In this document: positions 60,442 through 64,000 of the stretch, piece after piece
How positions within the stretch are numbered: position 1 is the first letter of the stretch
Layout of the letters: every line of letters begins with the position of its first letter
Source: Amoebidium appalachense
Taxonomy: Eukaryota; Protista; Ichthyosporea
DNA: 64,000 bases
Direction of reading: 5' to 3'
NCBI GenBank assembly: GCA_963693365.1
Contig: CAVNZM010000004.1
Location: 8,407,093-8,471,092 of the forward strand
Translations under genes and position numbers: made by a program
Notes under the pieces: generated by a model
Told to the model about the DNA's origin: nothing
Database searches by the model: none
What the model saw: only the letters and a program-made list of their open reading frames with translations

Positions 60442-62346
60442 TTACATGTGGGACTTGTTCATGGGCACGATGTTGACCTGAGAGGCAAACGTGCCTTGGC
60501 TCATAATGGCCTCCTTCTCCTGCTGCTTCTTGTTGCGGCGCCACAGGAAGAAGCCGACACCGGCGCAGCAGCAGCAGCAGCAGACCAGCAGCACGGCCAC
60601 CACGGCGGCAATAATGATAGTCATGTTGCTGCCGGAGTTGGATGCGGCACCGGCCGGCTGGTTGGCCGCAGCAAGGTCGGATGCCGTGTACTTGGCACCG
60701 AACCCTCCCTGCGTGGTCAGCTCCCCGGAGTTACGGCGCACATACTGCACGTCACGGCGGCGGCGGCGCTGCGAGCCGTCAAGGTAGTCGACAAGCACGG
60801 TCCACGTGAGCGTGATGTTGTTGCTGCTGGTGGTGGCGGCGGCACAGGTCAGCGCAGCCGTGACGGGGATGGGCATCTGGATCTCGTTGGGCTGCACGGT
60901 GTTGACAAATGCCTGCGTGAGCGTGCTGATGTCCCCGTACGGCGCGGTGTACGGTGTGCAGTCGCCATCGGACGTGCGGGTGAAGGCCGTGACGTCAGCA
61001 TCGGACAGACCCACACCAGTGGCATTGGTCCAAATGCGGATGGACCAATAGGAAGTGGCGCCGAGGTCGAAGACGGACGTGGGGCGGTTGGTGGCATAGG
61101 TGGTGTCCTCGCGGAGAACAACATCGAGGGTGAAGAGGGCCGAGAGGTTGAACTCGGTGACATTGCAGAAGTTGTTGGTGCTGATGAAGAACTCGATGTC
61201 GGCAAAGTTGGACAGCATGTTGGGGCAGGTGCCTGCAGCAACGCTGCTTGCCTGGCAGCCAATGGGCACGTTGAGGGCCTTGTACTGGCCCGTCAGGTCG
61301 CAGCTGGTGATGTTGAACTCGATGGTGCTGTTGCAGATCTCGTTGACGGCCAGATTGTTGCAGCCCGCACCCAGCACCCAGTTGCTGGCATTGGACGTGG
61401 GGATGTTCATGTTGGTCATCGTGAGCGAGCCATTGGCCCCGCCCGCAATGGTGTAGGGGGCCGGCAAGTTGACGGTGATGATGATGGACGACGTGTTGAC
61501 GCCGTCGACCTCCTTGACGCCCAGCTTGGTGATGACGGCCTGCAGGTCGGCCTGGGGGTAGTTGACGGTGATGGTGGCCGACACCGTGCCCTCGCGGTTG
61601 ATCTGCACACGCAGCTTGGCAATGGCATTGCCGTCACGCGTCACGGGCACACGCAGGTTCTTGGTGAGACTGATCTTGTCCACATACTCCTTCATCATGG
61701 CCTCCACATCCGCAAGGTACTTGACGAACTTGGGGTCCGACACCTTGTCCACGGCAACATTGCAGTTGCCGAGCTTGTCGAAGGCCACATCGAAGAACAC
61801 GGACGCCGAGCACGTGTCACCGTACAGCACCCAGTTGTAGCCGGACATCTTGGGCGTGGTGGCCGTGGGGCCATCGGTCAGGTACGTGCAGTCGGCAAAC
61901 GACACGTCCGTGACGTAGCGGGTATTGTACCAGTAGCCGAGGTCGGCCTCGAGCATGACCTTGTTGTTTTGGATGCGGGGGTTGCGGATGGCCAGCGAGA
62001 AGTTGGCCTGCAGCGCAAACGGCTCGGCCAGGTCGCAGAGGGTGCCCAGAGTGCGGTGCTTGAAGCTGAGGTCCTGGATCTCGGCCTTGATATTGGGCTT
62101 GCTGATGAGGAACGCATGCGCCACACTGGCCCCGGGCACAATGACGGCCCCGGCATTGCCCTTAATGACAACGTCCTTTGAGATTTGGATGGAGCTGGCA
62201 ATGTTGTGCTCACCGGCAGCAAACACAAACTCATCGCCTGCCGCTGCACTGCCGATCAGTGCCACTGCATCGTCGGTTGTGGCAATGTTGACCGTGGCTG
62301 CGGACGCCGCGGAGGCGAACGCAAGGAGCGAGGCGAAGGCTTTCAT
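60442..62346 (-). CDS. Intronless ~634-aa type I membrane glycoprotein: signal peptide, beta-helix-like N-terminus, Cys-containing beta-rich region, polybasic furin-type site, TM with Cys6, short tail
   Basis: First ATG at 62346 (MKAFASLLAFASAASA). Strong C/G third-position bias, many NxS/T sites, RRRRR at 60768-60754, TM IIIAAVVAVLLVCCCCCCAGVGFFLW followed by RRNKK. Confidence 0.9.
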   Translation of the reverse strand: MKAFASLLAFASAASAATVNIATTDDAVALIGSAAAGDEFVFAAGEHNIASSIQISKDVVIKGNAGAVIVPGASVAHAFLISKPNIKAEIQDLSFKHRTLGTLCDLAEPFALQANFSLAIRNPRIQNNKVMLEADLGYWYNTRYVTDVSFADCTYLTDGPTATTPKMSGYNWVLYGDTCSASVFFDVAFDKLGNCNVAVDKVSDPKFVKYLADVEAMMKEYVDKISLTKNLRVPVTRDGNAIAKLRVQINREGTVSATITVNYPQADLQAVITKLGVKEVDGVNTSSIIITVNLPAPYTIAGGANGSLTMTNMNIPTSNASNWVLGAGCNNLAVNEICNSTIEFNITSCDLTGQYKALNVPIGCQASSVAAGTCPNMLSNFADIEFFISTNNFCNVTEFNLSALFTLDVVLREDTTYATNRPTSVFDLGATSYWSIRIWTNATGVGLSDADVTAFTRTSDGDCTPYTAPYGDISTLTQAFVNTVQPNEIQMPIPVTAALTCAAATTSSNNITLTWTVLVDYLDGSQRRRRRDVQYVRRNSGELTTQGGFGAKYTASDLAAANQPAGAASNSGSNMTIIIAAVVAVLLVCCCCCCAGVGFFLWRRNKKQQEKEAIMSQGTFASQVNIVPMNKSHM

Positions 62347-62464
62347 GGCTGCGAGCCGCACTATATGCTAGAGTCCAGACAATTATTCGCAGTAGTATTT
62401 CTCACACTTTTTCACAACTGTTAGTCGGTGACGAGTGTGGTGGTCATGTGCGCTAAAGGTTAAC

Positions 62465-62801
62465 TTTATACAACCAACGGAATGCGTGGAATTTACTTGG
62501 TTTGAATATCTGAGTATACATTGCCAAATCTACCTATGATTCCCCATCAATAAGTTGGTTCCTCCCTGATAAAATATATAGAAATAAGAAATATTTAAAA
62601 TTTTCTGCTCCAAAAATAGAGCAGTTATAACAAACGAGGAAGAGCGTTTGGGTTTGGAACTTCAGCCTATGCCTCTGCCCAGAGTCAATCAAGCCCCGAG
62701 AACTTTCGACGAGTTATTCTGTAAAACGACGCTGATTGGCCAAATCAAACTGATAAAAATTCCTCAGATAAAAATCTATCGAAATGTTAGAATTGGCCAA
62801 T
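62465..62801 (-). promoter_or_regulatory. Putative promoter of the 634-aa gene (TATAAA + CCAAT boxes)
   Basis: Minus-strand TATAAA at 62470-62465; CTGATTGG at ~62735; palindromic ATTGGCCAAT at 62792-62801. Confidence 0.45.
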
Positions 62802-64000
62802 GAGCGCTGCGTTTCCATTCGCCTTAGTAACTTACTAAATTGATAGAGTAGTTCAGAGTACTACAATGTAAGTAGACACATGCAAGAAAAATGAGAATAG
62901 GATTCGCCGTCAACATCAAGATTAGAGCTTTAAGAGAGATGAAACAATGCGCCAAAAACATAAGGGAACTATTAGCGAAAATGTAGTTCGGAAGGCTGGT
63001 GTAAAGCGGATGTGCTACAGCTACATAGCCTGAGGTATGTGTGATAATAAAATTGCATGCCTTTCCCTGAGTGGCGCGCAGAGTCACAATCGTATAGTGC
63101 GCACTGCGCACTGACATGCAGCCAGAGACAGCGCCAAACCCCTCAAAAAATAGCACAAGACGCCTGGACGGTATAGTCTCGCAAATTCGGAAAAACCATC
63201 AATGGACCATTTTCACAGTGTTCTTCATGTACTCGTTTTCCCCGACGAAAAGGCTGCAAATGACAATCGGTTAGTGCCGCACGTGCATTTGGATTCATTA
63301 ATTTTGCCAGTGAATTCAGTGAATAATCAAGACATCTAAACTAAGGGTATGTACATCTATCTGGAATTCTCGGGAAATTTAGGTTCCTTGCGGGAAAGGA
63401 AAGTTGCCGGAAAGATAGGTGAAATTTTGGGAAAGGAGCGAGAAATTTAGCATATCGTGGGATAGATGATCTTGTTTGATCCGAGCGATCTATCTCGGGA
63501 ATTTCGAAAAAAGTAGGCCGGAAAGATCCAAATTGCTCGTGGTCTAGGGGTATGTATGTGGTATATAGGGTATGGTTTACCGGCTTTTGCCCTCTTCCTT
63601 TGGAAGGCACATGATTGGACTGCAAGACTCGTAAACAAACCAAAAAAGGTGGCAGTCTTAACCATGTCCAATGACATTGTTTTCACGAGAGAGGGGCGAT
63701 GGGATTGTTTGTAATCTAATCAAAGTGAGCATAACAAGAGCTTGACTGGCTGTAATTGGCTGGAACAGGTTTTTGGCGGGCCCGCCAGTGCAGCCTAAGC
63801 ACCACTATAAAAAATTTTACTCTTGGAGGGAAACGATTGTAGTGGCTGAAATCGCAAGATTAATGTAATTGGCAGAGCATTCAACCAATGAAAACAAATG
63901 TTTGCAAGCGATTGTTGACACTTTGGAAGGGTATATATGCTGTAACTTGCACTTGACAGAAACACCGTATACGTAGATTTCTACTTGTACTCGAATCTCT

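Noticed and set aside
60433-62181. 582-aa plus-strand ORF
   Set aside because: Antisense shadow of the codon-biased minus-strand gene, which has the signal peptide, TM and promoter.
63341-63600. GGGAAA/TCGGGAA-rich segment and short ORFs as a transposon end or gene
   Set aside because: No clear TIR pair, TSD or protein motif within the window.

Overview
Eukaryotic, intron-rich DNA saturated with microsatellites and homopolymers ((CA)n/(GT)n, poly-C/G, poly-A/T). Almost all ORFs in the supplied track are repeat artefacts. The conserved proteins look animal-like, which suggests a unicellular holozoan such as an ichthyosporean, but this is inference only. Hand-spliced gene models: the 3' part of VPS39 (19 exons, +); a small Ser-rich orphan (-); a signal peptide/ricin-B-like/TM protein that appears to splice to a CBM20 domain (-); a small secreted Cys-rich protein (+); NDUFV2 (6 exons, -); a repeat + ParB-like (DNRR) protein (4 exons, +); a METTL2/Trm140 m3C methyltransferase (9 exons, +); a decayed LINE with a (CA)n + poly(A) tail (-); and an intronless, furin-site-bearing type I membrane protein (-). 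Main leads: (1) a strand-polarised intron grammar, with poly-C just after often weak GT donors and (CA)n running straight into the acceptor AG in place of a polypyrimidine tract; (2) the Trm140/METTL2 orthologue is split into an acidic ORF1 and a +1-frame methyltransferase ORF, as in yeast ABP140, unless this is a 1-nt assembly error; (3) three unusual domain architectures.
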